Shown here: piece by piece, positions 41,395 to 51,253 of the stretch
How the letters are laid out: the number at the start of each line of letters is the position of its first letter
How positions within the stretch are numbered: position 1 is the first letter of the stretch
DNA from: Theionarchaea archaeon
GTDB lineage: Archaea; Methanobacteriota_B; Thermococci; Methanofastidiosales; SZ-28-30
Assembly: GCA_018992685.1 (NCBI GenBank)
Contig: JACVGT010000019.1
Span: forward strand, 1 to 64,000
Direction: 5' to 3'
DNA: 64,000 nucleotides
Notes under the pieces: generated by a model
The model's database searches: none
Told to the model about the DNA's origin: nothing
The model's input: the letters and a program-made list of their open reading frames with translations, nothing else
Made by a program: the position numbers and the translations under genes

Positions 41395-43314
41395 CTAGTC
41401 TTTCTTCTTTACCATGTACCCAATGGCAAGTCCGACTATCAGGGCAACTATTCCAATTACAATCAGTGTCGTGGTGGACGTACCACCAGCTCCAGCTTCT
41501 CCGCCTTCTACCGTTACCTGTTTCTCAATGATGTAGTAGCGGTATCCTGCCGTGTCCATCAATTCTCGTGCCTTGGCCAGGTCATACGGGTCTGGTGCAA
41601 TGTTGGTGTTGAAGGCCCATGAGGGAACAGCAACAGGGTTCCGTCCGGGTACACCGTAGCCACCCAACAGGTTGTCCACAATTCCCTGTCTGTCAATACA
41701 GGAGGAAATGGCCTGTCTCACGTACTTGTTGGCCAGGTATGGGTTGCGGCAGTTGAAGTGCAGGTGCTGGTAGCCGAACTGCTCTGAAGTCCACAACTTG
41801 ATGCCGGGAGTAGCTTCGAGATCCTCACCAATGGCTGTCAAGTTGTAGTAGGTGTCCATCATGTCGATTTCGCCAGTTTCCAGGGCAACACGGGCTGCCT
41901 CTCTCTCGGGTATCAATTTCAGCACAAAGAAGTCGCATCCTGCTTCTGGGAGACCATACTTTGAACCCCAGTAGTTGGGATTCTTCTTCAACTTCCAGTA
42001 CTGGTCAGCTTCCCACGAGTCAAAGATGAAGGGTCCAGAACCAATGACGGTTTCTCCCCTGTTGACGTCAGACTCCATCCACTTGGTAGCAGCTTCTGCT
42101 CCTGTTATAGGAATATCACCATAGAGGTGCTTGGGCAGAATGTTGGTGTCACAGTATCTGAGCCAGGCAGCGTGGGGCATTCCGACATACACTCTCAGTG
42201 TGTACTTGTCAACGATTTCTGATCCACCATAGACATCTCTGAATGTTCCATATCCCTGGAAGGCAGTATCTGGGCTGACACAGGCATCAAAGGACCACTT
42301 GATATCTTCGCTTGTCATTTCCACACCATCGTGGAACATGATGCCTTCTCTGATCTTAATGTCGAAGTATTCTGGGAAGACTACAGGTTCAGCGAGCTTG
42401 GAACTGACATTACACTTGTTGACATCAGGGGCCATAGCCTCAATTGAAGCATCGTCCAGCATGCTGGGGGCAAACACAATAGTAGGTCCTTCTGTTGTAG
42501 AATCTGCCAGCAAGGGTGACATGTTCAGGTTATCGTCGTTCTGCCACAGTGTCTGGAAAATCTGCTGGTTGCAGTAGTATCCATACACTGAGTTCCATCT
42601 CCAGACCAGCATTCCCTCAACAGCTGCAGGTGTACCATAGACAATGGTGTCTTTTCCAGGAATTGACCAGGACGCAGCATCATAGTTCTGTGTCCACAGC
42701 AATCCACTGAATCCTTCAAAGGTGTCTATTGAGGCCCACATGTTGAGTGGGATGTACACCACACAGTACGGCTGTTCATCTGCAACAATCTCCTGGAATC
42801 TCCACAGGTATTCCTTTCTCTTTGCCTGATCAATTTCGACTCGTGCTTTAGCCAGCATCTCGTCAGCTTCCGGGCAGTACCAGAATGTCACGTTGTTACC
42901 TATGGGGGTCATTGCAGAAGAGTGGAATATGTCAAAGGGATCAGGGTCTACGCCCACTGACCAGCCGAACGAAGAAATGTCGAATCCATCTTCAGAATAG
43001 GATTTTCCGTAGTAGTTGTTGAACTCCCTGTTGATCAGGTCTCCGAACTCCAGCAACTTGAAGTCAGCCTGAATGCCGATCTTGGGCATCTCAAGGTTGA
43101 CAGCCTGGGTGTACTGCTCTCTGACCTTGTTCCCGATAGGAGCAATCTGCGTAATCGAAAAGAACGGTGGGTACTTGGAATAATCCTCAGTAAAGGGAAC
43201 CTTCGTGATCTCCTGTTCCTGAGCAATCGCAGTAGTTCCGAATAAAGAAAGTACCAAAGAAGTCAAGAGAACAATCGACAGCACCATTGAGACTTTTCTT
43301 GTTTTTACATTCAT
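41395..43314 (-). CDS. oppA: Family 5 SBP paralog 1 (circularly permuted), operon-linked
   Basis: Signal peptide; FHDGVEMTSED, GSGPF, VRQAIS..IDR; plain C-terminal TM + KKKD. Confidence 0.9.
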   Translation of the reverse strand: MNVKTRKVSMVLSIVLLTSLVLSLFGTTAIAQEQEITKVPFTEDYSKYPPFFSITQIAPIGNKVREQYTQAVNLEMPKIGIQADFKLLEFGDLINREFNNYYGKSYSEDGFDISSFGWSVGVDPDPFDIFHSSAMTPIGNNVTFWYCPEADEMLAKARVEIDQAKRKEYLWRFQEIVADEQPYCVVYIPLNMWASIDTFEGFSGLLWTQNYDAASWSIPGKDTIVYGTPAAVEGMLVWRWNSVYGYYCNQQIFQTLWQNDDNLNMSPLLADSTTEGPTIVFAPSMLDDASIEAMAPDVNKCNVSSKLAEPVVFPEYFDIKIREGIMFHDGVEMTSEDIKWSFDACVSPDTAFQGYGTFRDVYGGSEIVDKYTLRVYVGMPHAAWLRYCDTNILPKHLYGDIPITGAEAATKWMESDVNRGETVIGSGPFIFDSWEADQYWKLKKNPNYWGSKYGLPEAGCDFFVLKLIPEREAARVALETGEIDMMDTYYNLTAIGEDLEATPGIKLWTSEQFGYQHLHFNCRNPYLANKYVRQAISSCIDRQGIVDNLLGGYGVPGRNPVAVPSWAFNTNIAPDPYDLAKARELMDTAGYRYYIIEKQVTVEGGEAGAGGTSTTTLIVIGIVALIVGLAIGYMVKKKD

Positions 43315-43363
43315 ATCTTTTCTACCTCCTTTGATCGGTATTGTATCCACGTACAGGGAAAGG

Positions 43364-43379
43364 CTTATAAACCTTTCGG
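43364..43379 (-). promoter_or_regulatory. BRE-TATA of SBP paralog 1 / second opp operon
   Basis: CCGAAAGG-TTTATAAG on the minus strand. Confidence 0.75.
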
Positions 43380-43392
43380 TTTCAGTAGTATA

Positions 43393-43464
43393 TACTATCT
43401 TAAGTCGTAGCTAAAGCCAATAGTAGCATGCTACATTATATAATAGCTATTACCTTAAATAGTA
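43393..43464. promoter_or_regulatory. Two BlaI-type boxes upstream of the paralog 1 BRE
   Basis: TACTAT-CTTAA-GTCGTA (43393-43409) and TATTAC-CTTAA-ATAGTA (43448-43464). Confidence 0.65.
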
Positions 43465-43563
43465 AATTGAAGATTCTGGATTGGCTGCTTTTTACCTGGG
43501 CGGGCCGAACTCGGGCTTTTGCAGATAATCAAAAAAGAAACGCCGAAAAAATGAGAAACAAAG

Positions 43564-43752
43564 TCAGAATACGATGACAACTCCCATTTTCTCCAACAAG
43601 AAATATATACAGATCAGAAAGATAACAATCAGCCCCAAAATGAACAGCAGGGTGACTTTCTCTTTCGAATTCTTGTAATCTCTAGCGAAAATACCAATCA
43701 GTAGCACATCGCACACAATCGCTACCAGGAGTAGCAAAGCCTGTACATTCAT
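43564..43752 (-). CDS. Small 2-TM hypothetical protein
   Basis: AGGAGG SD; two hydrophobic helices. Confidence 0.6.
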   Translation of the reverse strand: MNVQALLLLVAIVCDVLLIGIFARDYKNSKEKVTLLFILGLIVIFLICIYFLLEKMGVVIVF

Positions 43753-43989
43753 CTAATTCCTCCTTTTCTAATCAGCATTTCGTAAGTTTTCAGATGTGGT
43801 GGTGTGTCCTCGTCACGTCGACATAAATACTTTTGGATAGGGTTCCTGTGTTACATAATCAAATCGTACTAATACATCATTTACAGCATAGTAGGAATTT
43901 TCTTACTATGCTGCAACTTCTATCTTGAAGAAATGATTATCATAAGAGGATTTCGTATGCTTTTCTTTCACTGCACTGCGTGTGCAATC

Positions 43990-44073
43990 ATCCATTGTCA
44001 AGCATAATTCTCCCTTTCTTACCAGCATCTTGTTATGTTCTTTCCAATTTCTGGTCATAAAACCATCTGGTTT
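43990..44073 (-). mobile_element. IS5-family remnant (84-bp near-copy of 45654-45737)
   Basis: Direct repeat with few mismatches encoding the transposase N-terminus. Confidence 0.8.
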
Positions 44074-44197
44074 TCTACAGTGACAATTCCTGGATGGACC
44101 ATCTCACAGAACAGGAAGAAGACTTTCCATTTGCGAGGAATTCAAGAAATTCTCTGGAAAAGCAAATCTTACTCTCCCTGTAGGACATCTCTCAGAG

Positions 44198-45133
44198 TCA
44201 GTACTGCCTTTCCAGTCTCATTATCTGTACAAAGTGCACGGCTACTAAAGTCAGTAGAGAAAGAACAAACACGATGAAAGTGTCAGAAATGATGTCATGT
44301 ATGTGGACAAAATTTGTGTCAATGCCTGTGTAGAGAATTTCGCCCGAGAAACTCGCTCTATCCAGTACGTGGAGGGTATCATTGAGGGCATACACGACTT
44401 CAGCGTCCATGATTGCTCCTGCAAAATCCTTCTGACTCTTGCGCACCTGGTAGTTATGATACGCTGTCTCCGCCATGAATATGTAGGACTCCGACAGGAC
44501 TTCACTATACGTATTTCTCAATGCGGCTTTCTCTGCATGATCTATAGTATTCTGGTAGCACTTGTCAAGAGGCAGTTCCTCCATAGTTTCAATAGAGGAG
44601 AACAATTCATTCAAGAATGCTTCATAGTGATCTGATTTCACAAAGTCGTCCCAGGAACTGGAATTTTCGCCACCATAATATTTCTGCAGTATTCTGCAGT
44701 ATTCTCCAGCATGACCTGAAATTCCTATTGCGTCAGGACCACAGGCCCACTTGTCACACACACGAAAATAGGCACCCAGAATCTTTGACTTGACCTCCAA
44801 TAGTGTACACTCACGAGCCTGCGTTCGGATTGTTCCACTGAAGAGTTTTTCTTCACTTTGAAGGTATTCGTGAAAATCCAGAAGATAGATGGAGTAGAGG
44901 GCACTTGTCTCTTTCTGGAAGTAATCAGAGAGCTCTTCTGGGTCATTTTTGTCAAGGGCTTCCCAATCTCTCTCTAGAATGTCTGAATTTTCTCTGACTA
45001 TCTCTTTCAGGTCAGATATGTTTTCTTCAATCTGTCCTTCGAATTGTTTCTGTCTATAGTAAGAGGTAGCCACCAGCCCTACAAGAAAAAGAACAATCCA
45101 AAGATAAATCAGCTCTTTTCGATTTTCTTTCAT
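44198..45133 (-). CDS. Hypothetical protein with N- and C-terminal TM helices
   Basis: 311-aa ORF; ATG 1 nt after the upstream stop. Confidence 0.65.
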   Translation of the reverse strand: MKENRKELIYLWIVLFLVGLVATSYYRQKQFEGQIEENISDLKEIVRENSDILERDWEALDKNDPEELSDYFQKETSALYSIYLLDFHEYLQSEEKLFSGTIRTQARECTLLEVKSKILGAYFRVCDKWACGPDAIGISGHAGEYCRILQKYYGGENSSSWDDFVKSDHYEAFLNELFSSIETMEELPLDKCYQNTIDHAEKAALRNTYSEVLSESYIFMAETAYHNYQVRKSQKDFAGAIMDAEVVYALNDTLHVLDRASFSGEILYTGIDTNFVHIHDIISDTFIVFVLSLLTLVAVHFVQIMRLERQY

Positions 45134-45134
45134 A

Positions 45135-45450
45135 TTAGAACGTCTTCCTCCATGCATCTTTAAATATGCCACGTATCAACGACTCTATGACTTCAGTACA
45201 CATGTCTTTCCATGCATCATTTCTGATGAAACTTTTGGTAATAGTCAAATAAGTCCGGTTCTCTTTTTGTGAAAGATAATCGCTTAGAGCATATCCCATA
45301 AGATATCCATTCCCCCAGTCTTTGGCCTCATCATCAGACATTTCAAGACTCCGTGTGAAGTTATAAGCCTCCTTATAGTCACGTAGTCGCGGTGTTTGCG
45401 AACCAAATGCTCCTAAAGTAACTGATGCTGGTTGGCTAAAATCAAAAAGA
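45135..45450 (-). pseudogene. 3' remnant of a gene truncated by the IS
   Basis: Open frame (...FGSQTPRLRDYKEAYNF...WRKTF*) runs up into the transposase fragment. Confidence 0.45.
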
Positions 45451-45806
45451 AATCCTACAGCAGAGACAGTCTGCTGAGGTAAGTCCCTCTGTATACTGCG
45501 ACAACTTTCTCAAAGTGCCTTTAACTGTCTATAGGACACGCTGAACACTGTCTTCGTCAGGGCAGTATATGCTATGAATTGAGGAAATGCAAAAGGGCTA
45601 CCTCGCTTGTTCACATTCATCTGCTGAAGTTCTTCATTCCAATATTCAATGAAATCCATTGTCAAGCATAATTCTCCCCTTCTTACCAGCATCTTGTTAT
45701 ATTCTTTCCAATTTCTGGCCATAAAACCATCTGGTTTCCCTATAGTATCCTTCTATTGGTTTATGCGTCAAACAAGGTATTTGAAGGCTAAATTGTACAA
45801 CACAGC
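45450..45806 (-). mobile_element. Truncated, frameshifted IS5-family (IS903-like) element, left end
   Basis: MARNWKEYNKMLVRRGE...SYRQLKAL then frameshifted RKLSQYTEGL..AD; terminal GCTGTGTTG resembles the IS903-group TIR. Confidence 0.75.
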
Positions 45807-45902
45807 AGATAGGGTTGAACAGCTAGAGTATGACCATCAGATTGGGGTAATCTTTATAAGGTATTGATAACCAACTCCCATGGTGATCTCATAAAACAGA
45901 TT

Positions 45903-46322
45903 ATGGCTCTACTGTGTTGCTTTCTGGTACTCGGCTGTACCATTGGTGTGAACCTTGATACACCTGAAAACACAGTGAACACATGGGTTCGATCGTACAA
46001 CGATCGGGATGTTGAGGGTATATATATAACACTGTCAAGAGCATACATCATGGCCAATGGCGGCGAGGAACGAGTGAAATCGATCATCGGGACCATGCTG
46101 GAAGAGGCTGAGGAATCAGAAATTTCGTTTACTGTGAAGGGGATTGGATTGCTTGCTTTGTCGACGGAACAGCCGGGATTGTCATCAGGCAGAACCATAT
46201 ATCTCGCGAGAATGGACAGGAAGTTTACAGAGGAAGGGGAGAAAAGAGTCGAAGAAGTCTTCTGGAATTTCGCTGTAGTAAAAGAAGACGACAAGTACAA
46301 GATCGAAGATTTCTGGGACTGA
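45903..46322 (+). CDS. Putative lipoprotein, NTF2/DUF4878-like
   Basis: LVLGC lipobox-like motif; TPE.TV......N..D; VKEDDKYKI. Confidence 0.6.
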   Translation: MALLCCFLVLGCTIGVNLDTPENTVNTWVRSYNDRDVEGIYITLSRAYIMANGGEERVKSIIGTMLEEAEESEISFTVKGIGLLALSTEQPGLSSGRTIYLARMDRKFTEEGEKRVEEVFWNFAVVKEDDKYKIEDFWD

Positions 46323-46439
46323 AAAGAGACGGATTTCTTATTCTTTTTGCACTTTCTTTCGCTGCCGTTATACGTCTCTACGCTTTCCACACATGGCCCA
46401 TATAGCATTTTAGGCAAGGCTGGTGCAGGAATGGTAAGC

Positions 46440-46797
46440 ACGCATTAGGATTGCTATGCAGGTTCTGGAACAGGAGGTGCCTCGTGGTGTTCACAGACAG
46501 AACGCACTCCTTGTGCTTCTAACAAGACTACCAGAATCCACAGAGAGTCATATTTCGCGTGAAGGAATGAAAATGTGAATTTGAACCCTCAGTTACCAGT
46601 ACTCTCTTTCTCAGGTTCTCTAACCTCATTGTTGAGTCAAATTCCCTAACAGCTTGCTTCTCCCGTTTGACGTCCTCTCACCACGGTGCCTTTCAGATTT
46701 CTGGTCACACTAGTCTGGGTTCTCCGTGTCTAATTTCCCGACCATTTTATGCTTCAAATAAGGTATTTGAATGAAAAATCGCGTAGTACACCACCAG
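46440..46797 (-). mobile_element. Highly decayed third IS5 left-end copy
   Basis: TTTATGCTTCAAATAAGGTATTTGAA matches the element at about 45760-45785; degenerate transposase-like codons follow. Confidence 0.45.
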
Positions 46798-46800
46798 AGC

Positions 46801-46834
46801 ACAAACCTTTAAAAGCTTACGACAACAGGTAGTA
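46801..46834 (+). promoter_or_regulatory. blaI promoter with autoregulatory box
   Basis: CTTTAAAA TATA then TACGAC-AACAG-GTAGTA (46818-46834), ending 3 nt before the ATG. Confidence 0.75.
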
Positions 46835-46837
46835 GTA

Positions 46838-47224
46838 ATGAATATCAAAAGACTTGGTCCTCTAGAACGAACAATAATGGAAGTCTTCTGGGAGAAGAAA
46901 AAAGCTGATGCACGGGAGGTCTATTCAGAACTCAACAGAGAAAAACAAATCGCCTACACCACCATCAATACTACTCTCACCCGTCTTCACAAGAAGAAAT
47001 TGCTCAACAGAAAGCTGGTGAAGGGAAGAGGAGGATACCGTTATGTGTACACCATTGCCAAGTCAAAACCAAAATACATTGATCAGGTCATACGCTCTAC
47101 CATAGATGATCTCCTGATGCGGTTCGGAAATCGAACCATAAGTTACTTCTCAGAAAGTCTCAACCTGAATGAAGAGGATGTGGAGAAGCTAAGAGTTCGT
47201 CTGAAGGAGTTGTCTCATGAATGA
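46838..47224 (+). CDS. BlaI/MecI/CopY-family repressor
   Basis: LGPLERTIMEVFW, AYTTINTTLTRL.KK.LL.R. Confidence 0.92.
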   Translation: MNIKRLGPLERTIMEVFWEKKKADAREVYSELNREKQIAYTTINTTLTRLHKKKLLNRKLVKGRGGYRYVYTIAKSKPKYIDQVIRSTIDDLLMRFGNRTISYFSESLNLNEEDVEKLRVRLKELSHE

Positions 47225-48554
47225 GTGGCAGAATTTTGCGCTTGCGATTGTATTGATTGTGGTGGTACAATTCACCAACGAGGGCATCATTGCGCTACTG
47301 AAAGTGAGGAATGCCACCACTCGATTCCGTATTAGGCTCATTTCTCTTGTCTCCTGTTTTTTCGTGTTTTTGATTGTTCCGTTCAAGATCGTGGAACTCA
47401 CCATCCTGTCGGGAGAGATTTTTGTCGGCAGCAGTGAATCTTCCCAGATTGATGGCTGGGTGGCCAGATCTGCCACAATGACGTCGACCTATTCTGGGTT
47501 TGCACGGGCCAGCGTTGTTCTCCTCTTGATAGCTGTGTGCTGCTTTGTTGTCATGGTTCTGTTCGGCAAGCACATAACTGGTAGAGTATTTGGATGTGAG
47601 CCAGCAACAGATTCGAGGCTTCTGACCATTGTGAATCAAGTCTCCTCTGAACTGGGACTGTCCATCAAGCAGGTGATGGTGTGCAGAAAGAAATGTGACG
47701 CCTTTGTATATGGATACCCTCCTTTCCTAGCAGTGGGAAGAGACCTCCTCACTATGCTGGATGACAGTGAGCTCCGGATAGTCATCAGGCATGAATTGTA
47801 CCATGTCAAAGGTAAGGACACACTCCTGAAGCCATTTCTTGCCGCTCTGTGCATTGTCTTCTTATACAACCCCATGAGCTGGTTCCTGTATAGAAAAGTG
47901 TTTAATGACAGGGAGTGCTGCGCTGATCAGGCTTCTATCACCTGTTCTCAGGACACCAGGACATTTCTTTCCCTGCTGCTGAAATTCCACAGCCTTGCAA
48001 GTGGCATGCCGCACACGTTTGCTGTTCACTGGACGGGAGCCACTAACAGAATTGACTCACTCCTCTTTGCAGAAAAGACCCGGAAGATCCCTGTCTTCTT
48101 GTGTTTGTTCTTTACGGTCTCATCGCTTTTTGTGGGAGGTACTCAGCTCTTTGAGAACCAATTTGTGGAAATCAACAGCTCTATTCCGTTTGATTCAGAA
48201 ACATATGGTCCGGAAGCTGATTTCTCAGACTATTTCTATGATATTCCTGTAGCAGAATGGTACAACAGAAAACGATCGGAAAATGAAGTGAGTATCCCAC
48301 TACAGGAAAGAGACCTCAGAAAACTCCTGTCTGCAGACGAACTTGCCAAGGGAGAAATCACCATAAGAATGGCCACGCTTCCCTTGGGAAGGAGACCTCA
48401 GTTGTTTGGCAGAAACGATATTGTGGATGGCAACTGTAACCTCATCATTGAAATAGAAGAGGGCAAACTATTCGTTTCCATAAGACAGAACAATGGACCT
48501 GGAACGTCCCAGAAGGAAGCCGTTCTCAGTGGAGGACCTGCCACAGCAATGTAG
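47217..48554 (+). CDS. M56-family (BlaR1-like) membrane zinc metalloprotease
   Basis: TM helices, HELYH..GKD, YNP..W, RECCAD; no recognisable penicillin-binding sensor domain. Confidence 0.88.
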   Translation: MNEWQNFALAIVLIVVVQFTNEGIIALLKVRNATTRFRIRLISLVSCFFVFLIVPFKIVELTILSGEIFVGSSESSQIDGWVARSATMTSTYSGFARASVVLLLIAVCCFVVMVLFGKHITGRVFGCEPATDSRLLTIVNQVSSELGLSIKQVMVCRKKCDAFVYGYPPFLAVGRDLLTMLDDSELRIVIRHELYHVKGKDTLLKPFLAALCIVFLYNPMSWFLYRKVFNDRECCADQASITCSQDTRTFLSLLLKFHSLASGMPHTFAVHWTGATNRIDSLLFAEKTRKIPVFLCLFFTVSSLFVGGTQLFENQFVEINSSIPFDSETYGPEADFSDYFYDIPVAEWYNRKRSENEVSIPLQERDLRKLLSADELAKGEITIRMATLPLGRRPQLFGRNDIVDGNCNLIIEIEEGKLFVSIRQNNGPGTSQKEAVLSGGPATAM

Positions 48555-48758
48555 GACTGTACTGAACGTGCAGGGAGAGTCACGGTATTCTAAAGGTATC
48601 CAGGGGTGTCTCGCACGCTCATGTGGCAATCCAGCACCTGGAATTTTCCTTGAATATATTGTTATATGTGTCCTCAGTCAGTCCCTGTGTGCCTAAGACC
48701 TGACGGTGGGACCTTCTCAATCAAAAAGCATTTATGTGGAATTATGTGAGAGACCACA

Positions 48759-50465
48759 ATGATCAGTGTTGAAGATCTCTCCTTTCAATACAGCACGGGT
48801 GAATCTCCGGTGCTAAGTAAAGTCACCCTGGTTGTTCCTCAGGGCGGCTACCTCGCGCTGGTTGGCCCTTCAGGTTCAGGAAAGAGTACTCTCTGTTTCA
48901 CCATGAATGGGATCATCCCCCATTCCATTACGGGTATTCTGTCGGGAAATGTTGTTGTTGACAGGTTGAATACGCGAGAACACCATGTGCACGAGCTTGC
49001 TGAAAAAGTGGGCATTGTTCTTCAGAATCCTGAATCCCAGCTCTTTGCCATGAGTGTGGAGGAAGAACTGGCTTTTGGTCCCGAGAATCTGGGTCTGCCC
49101 CGAGAAGAAATACTGGCCCGCATTGAGGACGTCCTAACCATTATTGGAATTGCAGACAGGGGGCGGTTTCCTTTCTCTCTATCGGGAGGAGAGAAACAGA
49201 AGCTTGCAATTGCTTCTATTCTGACCATGAACCCCTCTCACCTTGTGTTAGACGAACCAACCTCTCAACTGGATCCCCGGGGAAGAAAGAGTGTGTATGA
49301 TGTCCTGGACAAGCTTCACGCTGGCGGAATGTCCATCATACTCATTGAACATAATACAGAGCACATTGCAGAGCGTGCCCAGCAGGTGCTGGTGATAAAA
49401 GATGGCTCTGTCGTTGCCTCGGGATCGCCAAGAGATGTATTTTCTCAGGTGGAGACCATGAAAGCTCTGGGCATACAGGTTCCTGGGGTTGCTGAAGTCA
49501 CCTATGAGCTTCACAGGAGAGGCATCATACAAAGAATAGCTGTGACCCTCGAAGATGCGGTGTCACTGCTTGAAAATCTCAGACCCAAGGAATTCACTTC
49601 TCAGAGCCTGAAGACAGAATCAACCCTCACGAGAGTGGGGAGTTCTTCACCATCTTCACGTACGGAACCTGCTGTTGAGGTGAAGAATCTGTCCTTTCAG
49701 TACGGCGATGTCCCCGTCCTCAATAATGTTTCTCTCACTATTGGACACGGAGAGATTGTAGCAATCATTGGACAAAATGGATCTGGAAAGACAACGCTGG
49801 TCAAGCATTTCAATGGATTGCTGCGTCCGAAGGAAGGAGACATTTTCATCTTTGGAGAATCTGTTAAGGACAAGAGTGTTGCTCAATTAGCCCGGAAGGT
49901 AGGATATGTTTTTCAGAACCCAGATCATCAGATCTTTGCAGATAGTGTGTTCGAAGAAGTGGAATTCGGCCTCAAGAACCTTAGTGTCCCTCTGGAAGAG
50001 AGAGCAGAACGCGTGGCTGCGGTTCTGAAGCAGACTGACCTTTTCAGATATAAGGATACACACCCTACCAGCCTGTCGGGTGGGGAAAAACAGCGGCTGG
50101 TCATCGCGTCTGTCCTGGTAATGAACCCCCAGATTCTCGTCCTGGATGAACCAACGACTGGCCTGGATCTCAAGAGCTCTCGCTCAATAATCGACCTGGT
50201 CAGAGCCCTTCACCAGCAGCATCGCACTGTAATCCTGGTGACTCATGACATGAACCTGGTGGCAGAGATGGCACACCGTATACTCATTCTCAAAGACGGG
50301 ACCCTGGCTGCTGAAGGAAGCCCGCATCAGATCTTTTCAGATGAAGGCCTGCTCAGTGATAACTTCCTGGAAGCACCGCAGATCGCCAGACTCAGCAGTC
50401 GTCTGGGATATGGAACGTGTCTGAACATAGAAGAGTTTCTCCACAAACTGGAGGGTACCCTATGA
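48759..50465 (+). CDS. ecfA: ECF transporter ATPase with tandem ABC domains
   Basis: GPSGSGKST and GQNGSGKTT, QNP..Q, two LSGGEKQ. Confidence 0.93.
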   Translation: MISVEDLSFQYSTGESPVLSKVTLVVPQGGYLALVGPSGSGKSTLCFTMNGIIPHSITGILSGNVVVDRLNTREHHVHELAEKVGIVLQNPESQLFAMSVEEELAFGPENLGLPREEILARIEDVLTIIGIADRGRFPFSLSGGEKQKLAIASILTMNPSHLVLDEPTSQLDPRGRKSVYDVLDKLHAGGMSIILIEHNTEHIAERAQQVLVIKDGSVVASGSPRDVFSQVETMKALGIQVPGVAEVTYELHRRGIIQRIAVTLEDAVSLLENLRPKEFTSQSLKTESTLTRVGSSSPSSRTEPAVEVKNLSFQYGDVPVLNNVSLTIGHGEIVAIIGQNGSGKTTLVKHFNGLLRPKEGDIFIFGESVKDKSVAQLARKVGYVFQNPDHQIFADSVFEEVEFGLKNLSVPLEERAERVAAVLKQTDLFRYKDTHPTSLSGGEKQRLVIASVLVMNPQILVLDEPTTGLDLKSSRSIIDLVRALHQQHRTVILVTHDMNLVAEMAHRILILKDGTLAAEGSPHQIFSDEGLLSDNFLEAPQIARLSSRLGYGTCLNIEEFLHKLEGTL

Positions 50466-51253
50466 TTCAGCAGACCATGTTTATTCGAAAAGAATCCTTT
50501 CTTCACTCTTTGGATCCCAGAACAAAGCTATTCTTATCCATTGGCCTGTTTCTCGTGGGTGTCCTGTTCACTGATTACAGAGTGCTGATGGCCCTCTTTG
50601 CAGGCGAGGTTATCATTCTCAGAGTGGCAGCCAGAATTCCTTTTTCGAAGTTATTCCCGTACCTGAAACTGATTCTTCCTCTTGTGGTTATGGCACTGCT
50701 GATATGGCCCCTCTTCCAGAGAACGGGGACAGTTCTGGTATCCTACTGGAAGGTTATCATCACGAAGGAGGGAATCCAGATGGGAATTGCCATGTCCTTG
50801 AGACTGCTGTCTTTGATCGTGGCTACGTATTTGCTCCTCATGACCACCGAGCAGAGAGATCTGGTTCTTGCTCTCGTTAAATCCGGATTGCGGTATGATT
50901 TCGGGTTAATGTTGGCCATTGCTCTGAGCAAGGTTCCTGCTCTGGCAGGGATTGCCTTGACCATCATGGATGCGCAGAAGGCACGAGGGCTCGAACTCGA
51001 AAAGGGAAATATCGTTGAAAAAGTGAGAAAGTACATACCTATTCTGATTCCATTGATTATTTCAGCTATAAGGCTGGCTGAAGCGTTGTCCATTGCAATT
51101 GATTCTCGAGCATTTGGGAGAGGGAGGCGCACCTACCTGAGAGAGCTTCACTTCACGATGAAAGATGCGCTGGTCACTGGTATGGCTGTGGTGGTGATTT
51201 CAGTATGTATGGGAATGCGTGCTGCAGGATATGGTGTTATGGAATTGCCGTGA
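50462..51253 (+). CDS. ecfT: ECF transporter T component
   Basis: LDPRTKL, AQKARG, DSRAF. Confidence 0.93.
   Translation: MIQQTMFIRKESFLHSLDPRTKLFLSIGLFLVGVLFTDYRVLMALFAGEVIILRVAARIPFSKLFPYLKLILPLVVMALLIWPLFQRTGTVLVSYWKVIITKEGIQMGIAMSLRLLSLIVATYLLLMTTEQRDLVLALVKSGLRYDFGLMLAIALSKVPALAGIALTIMDAQKARGLELEKGNIVEKVRKYIPILIPLIISAIRLAEALSIAIDSRAFGRGRRTYLRELHFTMKDALVTGMAVVVISVCMGMRAAGYGVMELP

Noticed and set aside
43480-43531. Imperfect hairpin GATTGGCTGC...GCAGATAATC as an ncRNA
   Set aside because: Weak pairing and adjacent to the T-rich terminator of the 43564-43752 gene; insufficient support
48560-48750. Vitamin riboswitch upstream of the ECF genes
   Set aside because: Only a short GTCCC...GGGAC hairpin; no TPP or cobalamin consensus, and it lies upstream of the probable TATA
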